From Nitrosopumilus sp. (GTDB lineage Archaea > Thermoproteota > Nitrososphaeria > Nitrososphaerales > Nitrosopumilaceae), in contig OZ241857.1 in the NCBI GenBank assembly GCA_965203315.1, positions 448,001-512,000 on the forward strand: DNA of 64,000 nucleotides, written 5' to 3'. The notes below the pieces were generated by a model. It searched no databases and was not told the DNA's origin. It saw nothing but the letters and a program-made list of their open reading frames with translations. A program made the translations under genes and the position numbers. Shown here piece by piece: positions 52,827 to 63,674 of the stretch (within the stretch, counting starts at the first letter, position 1; the number at the start of each line of letters is the position of its first letter).

Positions 52827-52946
52827 CACGCCAAAGTGTAGAGCCGTTATCTCTTGCACAATCAATATTCTGTGTACAGTATACCATACTGTACAACAGG
52901 ACTGCTGCTCGGCAGGATTACATGCGAAGAGATTCTTACAGGAGGT
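52820..52946 (+). promoter_or_regulatory. Repeated hairpin leader R6
   Basis: Inner stem gtacagtat/atactgtac. Confidence 0.7.
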
Positions 52947-52953
52947 AAGAGAT

Positions 52954-53343
52954 ATGGAAGCAATAACACAGCTACGCCCTAGTGGAGCAAAAAATAATGA
53001 TTGTACTCTAAGATCAAGTTTTCGGCTTGATCGTATACGCAAGCGTGCAATTAGTTATCTGACCCAGTCAGGTAAGAAGGATCAAGTAGCAAATGTACCA
53101 CGTGAATACCCTACACAACAGAGTCAATTACGTGGACTTGATCTGGTAGTACGAGGTAACATACTACGATCACATCTAAACGATGTGTTTGAGAATGTTT
53201 ACGTCAAGACTATCCGCAGAACAACTCCCCATACTATCAAAGTCGAACACGACCTACTAGATGACAGTATGCTGAGAGATATCTGCAAACTGTATGAAGA
53301 CTCGGACTTGCAAGTCGACATACGCAAAGTCTCGCGCTGGTAA
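52954..53343 (+). CDS. Hypothetical protein
   Basis: 129-aa ORF with an SD supplied by R6. Confidence 0.6.
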   Translation: MEAITQLRPSGAKNNDCTLRSSFRLDRIRKRAISYLTQSGKKDQVANVPREYPTQQSQLRGLDLVVRGNILRSHLNDVFENVYVKTIRRTTPHTIKVEHDLLDDSMLRDICKLYEDSDLQVDIRKVSRW

Positions 53344-53469
53344 AAGCATGTACGAGAATAGTATCTCGCATGAGGTACTATTCTTGCAAGACTTTGTTTA
53401 ATACATCTAGGTATAATGCTTATCTAATTTGCATGGCTTTACTAGACATATTTGATATATTGATACTAT

Positions 53470-53610
53470 AGACTGTATGCGTATTTCTTATGGCTCATGT
53501 ATATTTTGAGGCACTGTAAAGCGTACATGGTATTTCTAGAGGCGAATTCATCAATTGTCACCATATTTGATAATGTGGGAAAGACGCTCTCAATAATACG
53601 CATACAGTCT
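53470..53610. mobile_element. MITE, copy 2 of the 44483 family
   Basis: Same 16-bp TIR; 3-bp TSD tat; diverged interior. Confidence 0.8.
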
Positions 53611-53695
53611 TATATATGCACAGAAAAGTAAAACTCTTTTTTGGTAAAAACACACCATCACTTTCGACACATCATAAAGCATTTAAGATACATGT

Positions 53696-54807
53696 GTGCA
53701 ACTATGCATGTTGTTACAACAAAAGATCATCGAGGATATGTCAAGATCCCACAAACGTCAGAATGGTATATTTTATACAGCAAATAATCCATTTAAACTA
53801 GTACCATTCAAGAGATGGGCAAAGAAAGTATGTCTAACCGAGAATGCAATATTAGAACCATTTGCAGGAGCAAATAATATAATCAGGATGTTACAGCAAG
53901 AGAATCTATGCAACGATTTTCGTTCCTATGATGTTGAACCGAAGGATAAACTAGTTGAAAAGAGAGACACACTATATAATTTTCCTGTAGGATATAACGT
54001 ATGTATTACCAACCCTCCGTGGTTAACTAATTATTCGGCAAGACGAAATAATATATTTTTTCCTAAAATTGAGTACGATAACATATACAAGCATTGTTTG
54101 AAACTTGCGTTAAAAAACTGCGAAAATGTTTGTTTCATTATTCCTGCCACCTATTTGAGAACTGGTCTTTTTTTTTGATAGATTGAATAGTGTCATCTTT
54201 ATAAACAATAGAATGTTTATGGACACGGACAATCCTGTATGTTTGGCATTGTTTACACAAAAAAGTAACAGAATTAACATCTATAATGATAATACATTTA
54301 TTGGAACTTTTAAATATTTACACTCACTAGTGTCTAGTAAAAATCATAGTAATAAAAAAATTATATTTAATCATCCAAACGGTAAATTAGGCCTTATTGC
54401 ATTTGATAATACTAGAGCACCATCAATAAGGTTTTGTAGAGGCGACGAAATTAAACGGGCCATAAAACATAGTGACCGATTGATTACTAGAATTGATGGT
54501 GATTTCAAATGTAACGATACTATAATTAATAGATTAAATTTTGAGTTGAATAGAATTCGTAGGGAAACCCATGATGTATTCTTTGCTCCATTTAAAGGGT
54601 TACGTAAGGATGGTAAATATATAGTCGTGAACATAATAATTTTCTTAATGTTCAGTATCACAATTTGGTGTTATATGTTCTGCCAGAGGTAAATTCCGTC
54701 TATGACCCCACATGTGCGAGAGTAAACAAGAAAACAATTCCGTTCGTGACTATAGAAGACGAATAGATTATGAATTTGTGAGGAGATTGATAAATGAATA
54801 TACCTGA
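53696..54807 (+). pseudogene. N6-adenine DNA methyltransferase-like gene broken by a poly-T frameshift and a MITE
   Basis: FYT, LEPFAG, ITNPPW; T-run near 54167-54176; KDGKY|RRRIDY restored by removing 54622-54752. Confidence 0.7.
54622..54752. mobile_element. 131-bp IS630-type MITE
   Basis: Imperfect TIR tagtcgtgaac/gttcgtgacta; TA duplication; excision restores the reading frame. Confidence 0.7.
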
Positions 54808-55807
54808 CTTTGAAGGTGAACGTCATAAGCAACGAATAAAAAATTGGGAACAAAATGTAATATCAAAAACACAAATAAAGACTTTTTGTAAAAATACAGG
54901 AAAAGATTATGATGCAGTAATGAAGAAAATTGATGCAGATATGGATTTTAGATGGTTTTTTGTGATAGATCCCATAAGACAGAACATACATGAAAAAACA
55001 TTTGGAATGTTTATACGAAAAATTAAAAATACAAAAAACATAAAAAAATTTTGGCGATTGCTCATTTCGAGCCCCTAAGCGTGTATTGCATCAATAAATC
55101 AAACAGATCGCACTCTCGGTTCTTGCATCACCACTCCCTCTCTTTGAGATACAGTAAGAATTTCTTTGAGCTCACCCCACGATGCTTCACCATGTTTAAT
55201 TTTGTAAAGCCCCAGAACCCTTCCATTCCGTTGATGTGCACTTCGTCCCTAGCAAAGATATTCTGGTGATCAACTGATTCTCGCTGGTATCCATCAAAGA
55301 CCCGTGCATCATACACGTCATTTCCCACCTTAAGAAGAGATATCAAATATATCAAAACTTACATCTAAATTTGATCATATTTGGTTAGGGGCTCGAAATG
55401 AGCAATCGCCAAAATTTAATACATATGAAATGCAATTAATTAATGGTGCTGTGGTAAAAAAGTCTGATCTAGAAAAAATGGATTCTGATATAGTGCCCTC
55501 TTGTAAGAGTATTGACTTTTATCTAAAATGTAATAATAAAGATGTTTACATTTATCACAAATATACTAAAATCGGTGGTGGACATCAAGATAATCAATAT
55601 GATGACTTGAAACAATTCATTATGGCTGCAAACAGTTCCACAAATCGTAATATCATCTTCATCGCAGTGGCTGATGGTAATTTTTACAATTCCAAAAATG
55701 GTAAAGCAAACACCACTAAAATTCAAAGACTCAAAGATATCGCTAACGGGAAAACAACATTTGCAATGACAAGTAAAGAGTTACCTAACTTTTTAGAGAC
55801 GCTATGA
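54794..55807 (+). pseudogene. Probable restriction-endonuclease-like partner interrupted by an IS1595 derivative
   Basis: ORFs 54794-55078 and 55430-55807 (KSIDF..HKYTK..GGHQDNQ) flank the insertion. Confidence 0.55.
55053..55410 (-). mobile_element. Internally deleted IS1595-family element
   Basis: 26-bp TIR ggcgattgctcatttcgagcccctaa; near-perfect 8-bp TSD aaaattt(t/a); remnant HINGMEGFW..GV..YLKE. Confidence 0.85.
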
Positions 55808-55908
55808 CCACGCATCACAAATATGATTACAAGTTTTTACATTTGGAGAGCAATCTGTTTATGAGGTAATTCTTAGGGAATGGCTACTATTGTTTGAGAT
55901 ATAACATA

Positions 55909-56825
55909 TAGTGTTCGGAAAAAGTAATTTTATGGTCAAATTTTCTTGACATTGTATTGTATTACTCAATTTCTGTACAGAATATCATGGTTCAGAAATA
56001 TGAGGATCTCTTTCAGGCCTGCAGAAGCAGTGAATACAAACAAATACGTGATAGGATCGTAGCTGTAAAGATGGTTTTGGTTCACAAACACACAAAAGTA
56101 CATGTGGCAGAAATCTTTGGAGTTAGCGAACCAACAATTTACATTTGGATCAACAAGTACAACAAAGACGGAATCACAGGTCTGAAAGACCAACCTCTTC
56201 TGGAAGACCACCAAAAGTATCAGACGAAATACTTGAAAAATTGATTGATGAACAAAAGCCTACATTTCCATTAGAGATGAAAAGCATAGTCAAAGAAAAG
56301 ACAGGTGTAGAGTATCATGGAGATAGTTTACGGTACAGGATGAGAAAGCTTGATCGGTCTTCCAAAGTTGCTCAAATATATTATGCGCATCGAGCTACAA
56401 CCAGAGAGATAAAGAAAGTACAAAGAGCACGTTCTAAAGAGATTTCACGTCTAAGAAAACGTGGTTACATTATATTTTCTATGGATCAGTCAACAACAAG
56501 TCGCGCAACTCTCAAAGGCAGAGTATTTTGGGCAGAACGAGGAGTAGAAATATTTGTGCCCACTACGAACTCTGGCAAAAAAATAGTAATCTTTGGAGCA
56601 ATAGGGGAGAATGGAGAACAATACTTTGAACTACATGAGAGAGCAAATAACCAAACAATGATGAAATTCATGGACGGTTTTATTAAGCGACACAAAAAAT
56701 CAGGTTGGATATTAGATCAGGCGCCGTGGCATACATCACCAAAAATTATAGCACATGCCAAAAAAATAGGTCTCGAGTTGCTGTTTTGTCAACAGCAGTA
56801 CCAGAACTTAATGCAATCGAAGAGT
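55909..56825 (+). mobile_element. Truncated, frameshifted IS630 copy
   Basis: HTH ORF 55957-56244 plus DDE ORF (MDQS, LDQAPWH); near-identical to 62226-63189. Confidence 0.85.
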
Positions 56826-57008
56826 GGTTCTTTTAACTTAACGGGGGGGGGGGTCGATGGTTTTCACGCAATATTCTCTAAAAATTTTACAAGTTATGAA
56901 AAATGGTTAGATTGCCCATTGCAGATTATTAATGTTTTAAATTGCATACAGGACGTTTCTTGAAATACATGCATCTTAATCTTAATCCCCCGATAAGTTA
57001 AAAGAACC
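56826..57008. mobile_element. 183-bp MITE derived from the IS6 at 23370
   Basis: Ends ggttcttttaactta / taagttaaaagaacc. Confidence 0.8.
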
Positions 57009-57219
57009 GTACCGAGTGTCGGGGTTGGTCTGGGATCTGACGCTGAATGTGTCTCGATCTATTTGGGAATAATGTCCTTCTGTGCTCTTGATCTCGATTG
57101 ATTTTTGAGTTCTTGCATTCATTGCGGGGACGAAGCGTTGTTTTTCAATATAAAGAGTTGGGAGATGCTGTTGTTTGTGTGGTTACTAACTATTCATATC
57201 GACCGTGATCTAGTATATA

Positions 57220-58499
57220 TACCAAAGTGCAAAAGTATTTTCCACGATTTGACAATAAATTACTCTAACCGAAACCTTTATCGATCAGATGTTTTTCTGT
57301 ATTTGTAATGGGCACACACTTTCAAGGATTAATGGAAGCGTTTCAAAAAGAAAAAGATGATACCAGTTTCTCAAAAAGAGCGTTGGCGGTAATACTAGTC
57401 AAAGTTAAAAAAATACCTATAGACGAAGTAGCAGAAATATTTGGTTGTGTACCAAAAACGATAAGGAACTGGTTAAATCGATACAAGGAAAGAGGCATCA
57501 ATGGCTTGAGAGATCGTCCAAAAACAGGTAGACCAAGAAAGATTTCCAAGTTGCAAATTTTAGCAATAGTTTTGCACATGCCCCAAAAACACCCAATCAT
57601 CATAAAACGAATTATCTATGATCTAACAAAAATCGAGTATTCTGTGTGGAGCATTAGAAGAGTATTACGTGAATTGAAGCTTACCCGAAAGAAGCCCAAG
57701 CCATATTACATAAATCGAGCTAGTGCAGAAGACACTCAAATATTTCAAGATAGAGTACTTTTAAAAATACAAAAAGCAAAAAGAAAAGGCATACCAGTAT
57801 TTGTTTGTGACGAAGTCCAAGCCAATTATGACGACAATTGTAACTATATGGTATGGGAGTTTAAATGGAAAGATGCACGTGTTCCATACGTAAACCAATA
57901 TGAAAGTGTCAGATACTTTGGAGCTCTTGATTCAGACGGCAATCTATTTACAATACAATATGAGGATAATTTTACAGCAGATATGTTTAGGATATGTTTG
58001 AACATGCTTTACGACAAATGCGGTAAATTTATGATAATAGCAGATGGAGCTAAAGCACATACTGCAAATAATGTCAAAGAGTTTTGTGAAAAGAAAGGAA
58101 TAGACCTAGAAATTCTTCCTGCTGGACGTCCAGAACTCAATGCAATAGAGACAATATGGTACATGGGGAAAAAGGAACACGTAAATGGCAAGTTTTATCC
58201 AGATCGTAGAGAATTAGTGTCAAAACTCAATGAATTTTTTAGTCAAAAATTCGATATTGACCTAGTAAAATACTTGAAAAGAAAGGTTGATGACTAGTAA
58301 ACAGTCGCAAATCGATCATAATATGGATATACAAGACAATTGCATGAACTTTAATAATTACAATCTCATCTTTCGTTTAAATTAACTAACTCTTTATCAA
58401 TTTCTTAGTTAAGTAATAGACAAACAGAGTGCTTGGAAACAAAATTTAGACCAATACGTTTTGGGACACAGTTTTGGAAAATACTTTTGCACTTTGGTA
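57220..58499 (+). mobile_element. IS630-family element, apparently intact
   Basis: Perfect TIR taccaaagtgcaaaagtattttcca; TA duplication. Confidence 0.9.
57308..58297 (+). CDS. IS630 transposase
   Basis: HTH-GRPRK, CDE, IADGAKAH, PELNAIETIW. Confidence 0.9.
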   Translation: MGTHFQGLMEAFQKEKDDTSFSKRALAVILVKVKKIPIDEVAEIFGCVPKTIRNWLNRYKERGINGLRDRPKTGRPRKISKLQILAIVLHMPQKHPIIIKRIIYDLTKIEYSVWSIRRVLRELKLTRKKPKPYYINRASAEDTQIFQDRVLLKIQKAKRKGIPVFVCDEVQANYDDNCNYMVWEFKWKDARVPYVNQYESVRYFGALDSDGNLFTIQYEDNFTADMFRICLNMLYDKCGKFMIIADGAKAHTANNVKEFCEKKGIDLEILPAGRPELNAIETIWYMGKKEHVNGKFYPDRRELVSKLNEFFSQKFDIDLVKYLKRKVDD

Positions 58500-58524
58500 T
58501 ATCTGAGTCGAAATTTGAATAGAT

Positions 58525-59235
58525 ATGGACAATAAAGAAATTGAGATCATTGAGTTAAGATATCTTAATGAGATCAACTGGCACTTTACAAATGAAATGG
58601 ATAAAATCATTAAACTATTACAAACAAAAGATATCATAAAGGACCACTGGAAACATATATTCGATAGAAAAGACAAGAAAAGTCAGACAGGTGAAATGTC
58701 AAGAGGAGTAGAACGTGTATTTGGGGCATTTTTTCCAAATACATGGTTGCCAAACTCGACTCCTGTGGGTGCAGATTTCATGTTTGAGACAATCGATTCA
58801 ATAATACATGTTGATACAAAGACTGCTAAATTAGATAATGAAGTAGATCATAGAGGTAAGGTCGCTCTTAGTTTAAATCAAACCAGCTATTATCTAACTA
58901 TAGATGATAGAATTAGTGGTAATTTACCACAGTTTTATAATTTACCAAACAGCACAGTAAAGAAAAAACTAACAACAACGTATATGATTCATACTGTTTA
59001 TGATGAAAAAGATTATACTGTGTGTTGCATAGTACTGATTTGTGTTCCAAACGGTCAATTACATTCAGTGTATGGAGATGACATCATGGATAGAGGTAAA
59101 GCAAAAGATAATTCATTTAGATACAGGTATGGAGATCAAACATTTAGATTATTAAACGGACACATTCCTAGATACACAGTACCATTTTGTAAATCTAAAG
59201 AGATAAAACATAAAATCACATCTTTAAAACTGTAA
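58525..59235 (+). CDS. Putative type II restriction endonuclease
   Basis: GVER, GADFMF..VDTKT PD-(D/E)xK-like; convergent with an MTase. Confidence 0.55.
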   Translation: MDNKEIEIIELRYLNEINWHFTNEMDKIIKLLQTKDIIKDHWKHIFDRKDKKSQTGEMSRGVERVFGAFFPNTWLPNSTPVGADFMFETIDSIIHVDTKTAKLDNEVDHRGKVALSLNQTSYYLTIDDRISGNLPQFYNLPNSTVKKKLTTTYMIHTVYDEKDYTVCCIVLICVPNGQLHSVYGDDIMDRGKAKDNSFRYRYGDQTFRLLNGHIPRYTVPFCKSKEIKHKITSLKL

Positions 59236-60493
59236 CATCTTTACCAACTATTCTCTTAATTATATTAATGTATGTGGGATTTAATTCAATACCTATACTG
59301 TTGTTATGTAGTGATTGTGCTACTTTAAGTGTAGTTCCAGATCCACAGAATGGATCTAGTACAATTCCATTTTTAGGGCAACATGCTTTGATACACATCT
59401 CGGGTAATTTTTCAGGAAAAGGAGCAAAATGCTTCTCTTTAATTGATGATGTGGCCATCTCCCACACATCACTAGGATTCTTACCCTTTTCATGATGTCG
59501 AACTGTTTGCAATACATAATGTTGTTCGGTCATGATATTATCGTATTTCGTATTGCCTAATTCTAATATCTTTTTTAGTTTGTTCCATTGTATAGGATCA
59601 GGTAAAGAACTACCGCCATCATCTAATCGAAACCAATGCCCAGCTGTATGTGTGGTACCTAGTTTATAATCTATGTGTGGAATATCGACACCGATCTTTT
59701 TTCTCTGTGTACGAAGCATTTTAATAATTTCAATCTTTTCTTGTTTAGTAATGTGATGTTTACGTTGTAAAGAATAATATTCACCATTTATGTTTAGTCG
59801 ACCACCTGCACTTGCACCTACATTGATCGTTTGCTGACCCTTGAACTTACCATTATATTCTTTTGTGCGAATCATTTTTGAATATTTTTCAAAGTCTTTA
59901 ATAGATATTGTACGAGGTAGATAATCATTTAATGTTTTTTGTTGAGTTTTATGAGGTATACGTATTTTATCTAGATCAAAATAATAATCAGGCGTAGTAT
60001 AGTTATCAGTATCTTTCACAAACATGTAAATAACTTCATATGCATTAGTAAACCGATCTGTTATGGGACTTGGATTTGGATTTGTCTTATGCCAGATGAT
60101 CTTATTTCGTATTACGTATCCATTCTCAACCATCTTTATGGCTAGTCGCTCTGGGATCATCTGTAATGATTTACGATGGTATTTGTCACCTATGTTTAGA
60201 AAATATACCCCTGTATTCTTTAAGACCCGATACAATTCCATGTTTATTTCTAACAATTTTTCAATATATTCTTCTGGTGTGGATTCTTTTCCTAATTCAC
60301 CATTTGTTTGGTAGTCTCTTTGATTCCAATATGGTGGCGAGGTAACAGCCACATCAACTAACCCCGAGGGCATGTTTTGTAGTGCGTGTAATGCGTTTGT
60401 ATTCAATATGATTGGTGCATGTGTGTTGGAAAACAACTTGTTGATTGATAATTTGTTTATGGGCAATGAGTTTTTTAGTAATGTTTTTGTCAT
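59216..60493 (-). CDS. N4/N6 DNA methyltransferase with an inserted HTH-like domain
   Basis: VTSPPYW, NIGD, HFAPFP, DPFCGSGTT. Confidence 0.85.
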   Translation of the reverse strand: MTKTLLKNSLPINKLSINKLFSNTHAPIILNTNALHALQNMPSGLVDVAVTSPPYWNQRDYQTNGELGKESTPEEYIEKLLEINMELYRVLKNTGVYFLNIGDKYHRKSLQMIPERLAIKMVENGYVIRNKIIWHKTNPNPSPITDRFTNAYEVIYMFVKDTDNYTTPDYYFDLDKIRIPHKTQQKTLNDYLPRTISIKDFEKYSKMIRTKEYNGKFKGQQTINVGASAGGRLNINGEYYSLQRKHHITKQEKIEIIKMLRTQRKKIGVDIPHIDYKLGTTHTAGHWFRLDDGGSSLPDPIQWNKLKKILELGNTKYDNIMTEQHYVLQTVRHHEKGKNPSDVWEMATSSIKEKHFAPFPEKLPEMCIKACCPKNGIVLDPFCGSGTTLKVAQSLHNNSIGIELNPTYINIIKRIVGKDVTVLKM

Positions 60494-60496
60494 AAT

Positions 60497-60694
60497 TTAC
60501 ACCCGTTTTAAGAATCTGATTTGGATCTTAAACATATTATGATCTGGGACTAGATCCCATTCGATTTGATCACCTGCTAACAAATTAAACTGTTTAACTA
60601 TGTGTGATGGGATAGTGACCCGTAAAGAGTTACTTTTATTGGCATGTACTAGGTTTGTTTTTTCTCCCATTCCATATGTAGTTATACATACCAT
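60497..60694 (-). CDS. AbrB/MazE-like DNA-binding protein (probable regulator of the MTase)
   Basis: SLRVTIPSHIVKQFNLLAGDQIEW. Confidence 0.75.
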   Translation of the reverse strand: MVCITTYGMGEKTNLVHANKSNSLRVTIPSHIVKQFNLLAGDQIEWDLVPDHNMFKIQIRFLKRV

Positions 60695-60724
60695 AATATA
60701 ACCTATGTGATAACCTAACTGAAA

Positions 60725-60768
60725 GATTCTGTAAACTTGGCGGGTGGTGGTTTTTTCATAAAAACTCA
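60725..60768. mobile_element. Orphan end of the 13093 IS6 element
   Basis: gattctgtaaacttggcgggtggtggtttt identical to 13093. Confidence 0.75.
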
Positions 60769-62225
60769 GCTCTGTTCAATGAATATTTTTGCAATATGAT
60801 GGTTTAGGGATGGTCTACATGAAAACACACCATATGTACAATTCGGAATCAATTTCACATTAAAATTAAAGCTTGTTGTACTGAAATGTTGTTTTTTACT
60901 ACAAAATGAACAAGATTCTGACAATCAAAAGTTAGAAATCATTAAAAATCAAAGGTTTGCAAGTATTTGTTTTTTAATTATTCGCAAGTTATGTGCGGCA
61001 ACCCTAAATAACAATTCTTGAACCATGTGTTCCCACAATATCGATTTTAGACCTTCGCCAAACAGACGCTTCATTGTAGAAAATACACCTTCCGATGCAG
61101 AGCGCTCACCATAACCGTTTTTTCTCCCCCATCTTGCTTGATTTTTTAATCTATCTTTTTTTGTGATCTTTGTTACATCTTTGCATTTTGAGCCAAAAGT
61201 TAACTGAATCTGAGCAGTTTTACTTCTAACAGTTTCAAGATATGTTTTGGCAGTGTATCTTATTGGAATTATTGGTTTAATCCCACGCTTTTTACAGTAC
61301 TCAAAGATTTCAACTGTGTCGTAGCCTTTATCAGCTAGAATTTTAATCTCTATGTCATTAATATTACAACATTTTTGGAGCATACCAAGCGCAAATTCAA
61401 CGAGTTCAATAAATTGAGATGAATCTGCTTCAGAATCGGTTGTAATGGTACATCCTAGTATTGCCTTTGTTTTTACGTCTATGATTGGGTGTAATTTAAC
61501 AAATCCTTTCTTCTTTACTTTGTCCTTTTCTTTCTCGAACCTAAACTCGATCCATCTACCGCCTGCGTGTTGTGTAAATCCAGAGGCATCCAGGGAAAGA
61601 ATGACTTCTTTAAAATGATCTGCAACTACGATATCATTTAAAATGTCTACCTCCTTGTCATTTATTCTAGTAAATAATGTAGTATAAGCTGGTATATCGA
61701 AATCAGGAAAAAATCGTTTTAATTCGTCTTCTAATTCTCTATATGATAATCCTCGCTTAGCTCTTATCATTGCAGCACATCTCAAAAAAGATTCCGAATA
61801 GGCGTATTGACCGCCACGTTTCTTTGCGTTCATCTTTTTTAATTCTTTACTAAACAGTTCTGCAAGTTCCTCAATATCGATTACTCCAAATTCAAATAAT
61901 AACAAAACATATCTGACTGTTGAACCATTACTAAGTTGCTTTGCTATTCTTCTTATTTTATTTCTTTCTTTATTTTGAACTTTTTTATCTTTTAAAACTT
62001 TGAATGTTGACTTGTTTTTACGTTTCAATATCTTGTAGAAAATAGATACCCTATATAGATCTTTTCATTTAATTTTAAAATTACATCACAAAAAATGAAA
62101 TCATAATTAAAAGCAAACTAACATGCAATTTAATTTCATAATCTCTAATCATCTTCGAATTTGACGCAGTTGAGTATCAACTAATGAGAAATTTTGCGGT
62201 TTTGTGCCTATTCATTGAACAGAGC
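60769..62225 (-). mobile_element. IS5-family element
   Basis: 17-bp TIR gctctgttcaatgaata/tattcattgaacagagc; flanks not duplicated. Confidence 0.85.
60949..62028 (-). CDS. IS5-family transposase, paralogue of 5894
   Basis: SLDASG, KLH, ADKGYD, YGERSASEGVFSTMK. Confidence 0.9.
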   Translation of the reverse strand: MKRKNKSTFKVLKDKKVQNKERNKIRRIAKQLSNGSTVRYVLLLFEFGVIDIEELAELFSKELKKMNAKKRGGQYAYSESFLRCAAMIRAKRGLSYRELEDELKRFFPDFDIPAYTTLFTRINDKEVDILNDIVVADHFKEVILSLDASGFTQHAGGRWIEFRFEKEKDKVKKKGFVKLHPIIDVKTKAILGCTITTDSEADSSQFIELVEFALGMLQKCCNINDIEIKILADKGYDTVEIFEYCKKRGIKPIIPIRYTAKTYLETVRSKTAQIQLTFGSKCKDVTKITKKDRLKNQARWGRKNGYGERSASEGVFSTMKRLFGEGLKSILWEHMVQELLFRVAAHNLRIIKKQILANL

Positions 62226-63189
62226 ATAATATATGCCAACTTTGATCTTTCTTTTTAGTTGATGCCAATACTCTTCGATTGCATTAAGTTCTGGTACTGC
62301 TGTTGACAAAACAGCAACTCGAGACCTATTTTTTTGGCATGTGCTATAATTTTTGGTGATGTATGCCACGGCGCCTGATCTAATATCCAACCTGATTTTT
62401 TGTGTCGCTTAATAAAACCGTCCATGAATTTCATCATTGTTTGGTTATTTGCTCTCTCATGTAGTTCAAAGTATTGTTCTCCATTCTCCCCTATTGCTCC
62501 AAAGATTACTATTTTTTTTTTGCCAGAGTTCGTAGTGGGCACAAATATTTCTACTCCTCGTTCTGCCCAAAATACTCTGCCTTTGAGAGTTGCGCGACTT
62601 GTTGTTGACTGATCCATAGAAAATATAATGTAACCACGTTTTCTTAGACGTGAAATCTCTTTAGAACGTGCTCTTTGTACTTTCTTTATCTCTCTGGTTG
62701 TAGCTCGATGCGCATAATATATTTGAGCAACTTTGGAAGACCGATCAAGCTTTCTCATCCTGTACCGTAAACTATCTCCATGATACTCTACACCTGTCTT
62801 TTCTTTGACTATGCTTTTCATCTCTAATGGAAATGTAGGCTTTTGTTCATCAATCAATTTTTCAAGTATTTCGTCTGATACTTTTGGCGGTCTTCCATAA
62901 GAGGTTGGTCTTTCAGACCTGTGATTCCGTCTTTGTTGTACTTGTTGATCCAAATGTAAATTGTTGGTTCGCTAACTCCAAAGATTTCTGCCACATGTAC
63001 TTTTGTGTGTTTGTGAACCAAAACCATCTTTACAGCTACAATCCTATCACGTATCTGTTTGTATTCACTGCTTCTGCAGGCCTGAAAGAGATCCTCATAT
63101 TTCTGAACCATGATATTCTGTATAGAAATTGAGTAATACAATACAATGTCAAGAAAATTTGACCATAAAATTACTTTTTCCGAACACTA
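62226..63189 (-). mobile_element. Truncated, frameshifted IS630 copy, inverted relative to 55909
   Basis: ORFs 62854-63141 and 62255-62953 nearly identical to the plus-strand copy. Confidence 0.85.
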
Positions 63190-63674
63190 TATGAAGTCTA
63201 GGATTTATAAGTAATGTGTGTTGACTATACTTCATGTCTACATCAGATTGGAATGAACAGGATTTGGAAATCTGTAGAAGATATGACGAAAAAGTGAAAC
63301 AGGGGAAAATGGGATACACCAGAGTTAAAGTAAAATAGGTGTTCATTTTTCGGTTCTTTTAACTTATCGGGGGTATTTGAAATTTAGGAAATCTCTTGGA
63401 AATTTGCTGTCGGTGGCGACCCTACAAACGATTCACAAAAAATTACACATTATTAAACAATTCATCTTGAATTATTTAAATTTTCGATATTTGGGTTCTG
63501 TTGCATCTTCGAGACCTGCTAATTCAAACATAAAAGATCACAAGATCGGAATCAATCCAAGATCCCATATCAATTGAAACCCAGATCTTGAGCACTAGTT
63601 TGCATACCATTCATACTGTTCAGATTGACAAGATCGCATATGTTTATAAACACACACATCTCCCAAAAGTAAGA

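Noticed and set aside
54165-54178. Phase-variable poly-T switch in the MTase
   Set aside because: The gene is also disrupted by a MITE, and a homopolymer sequencing error cannot be excluded
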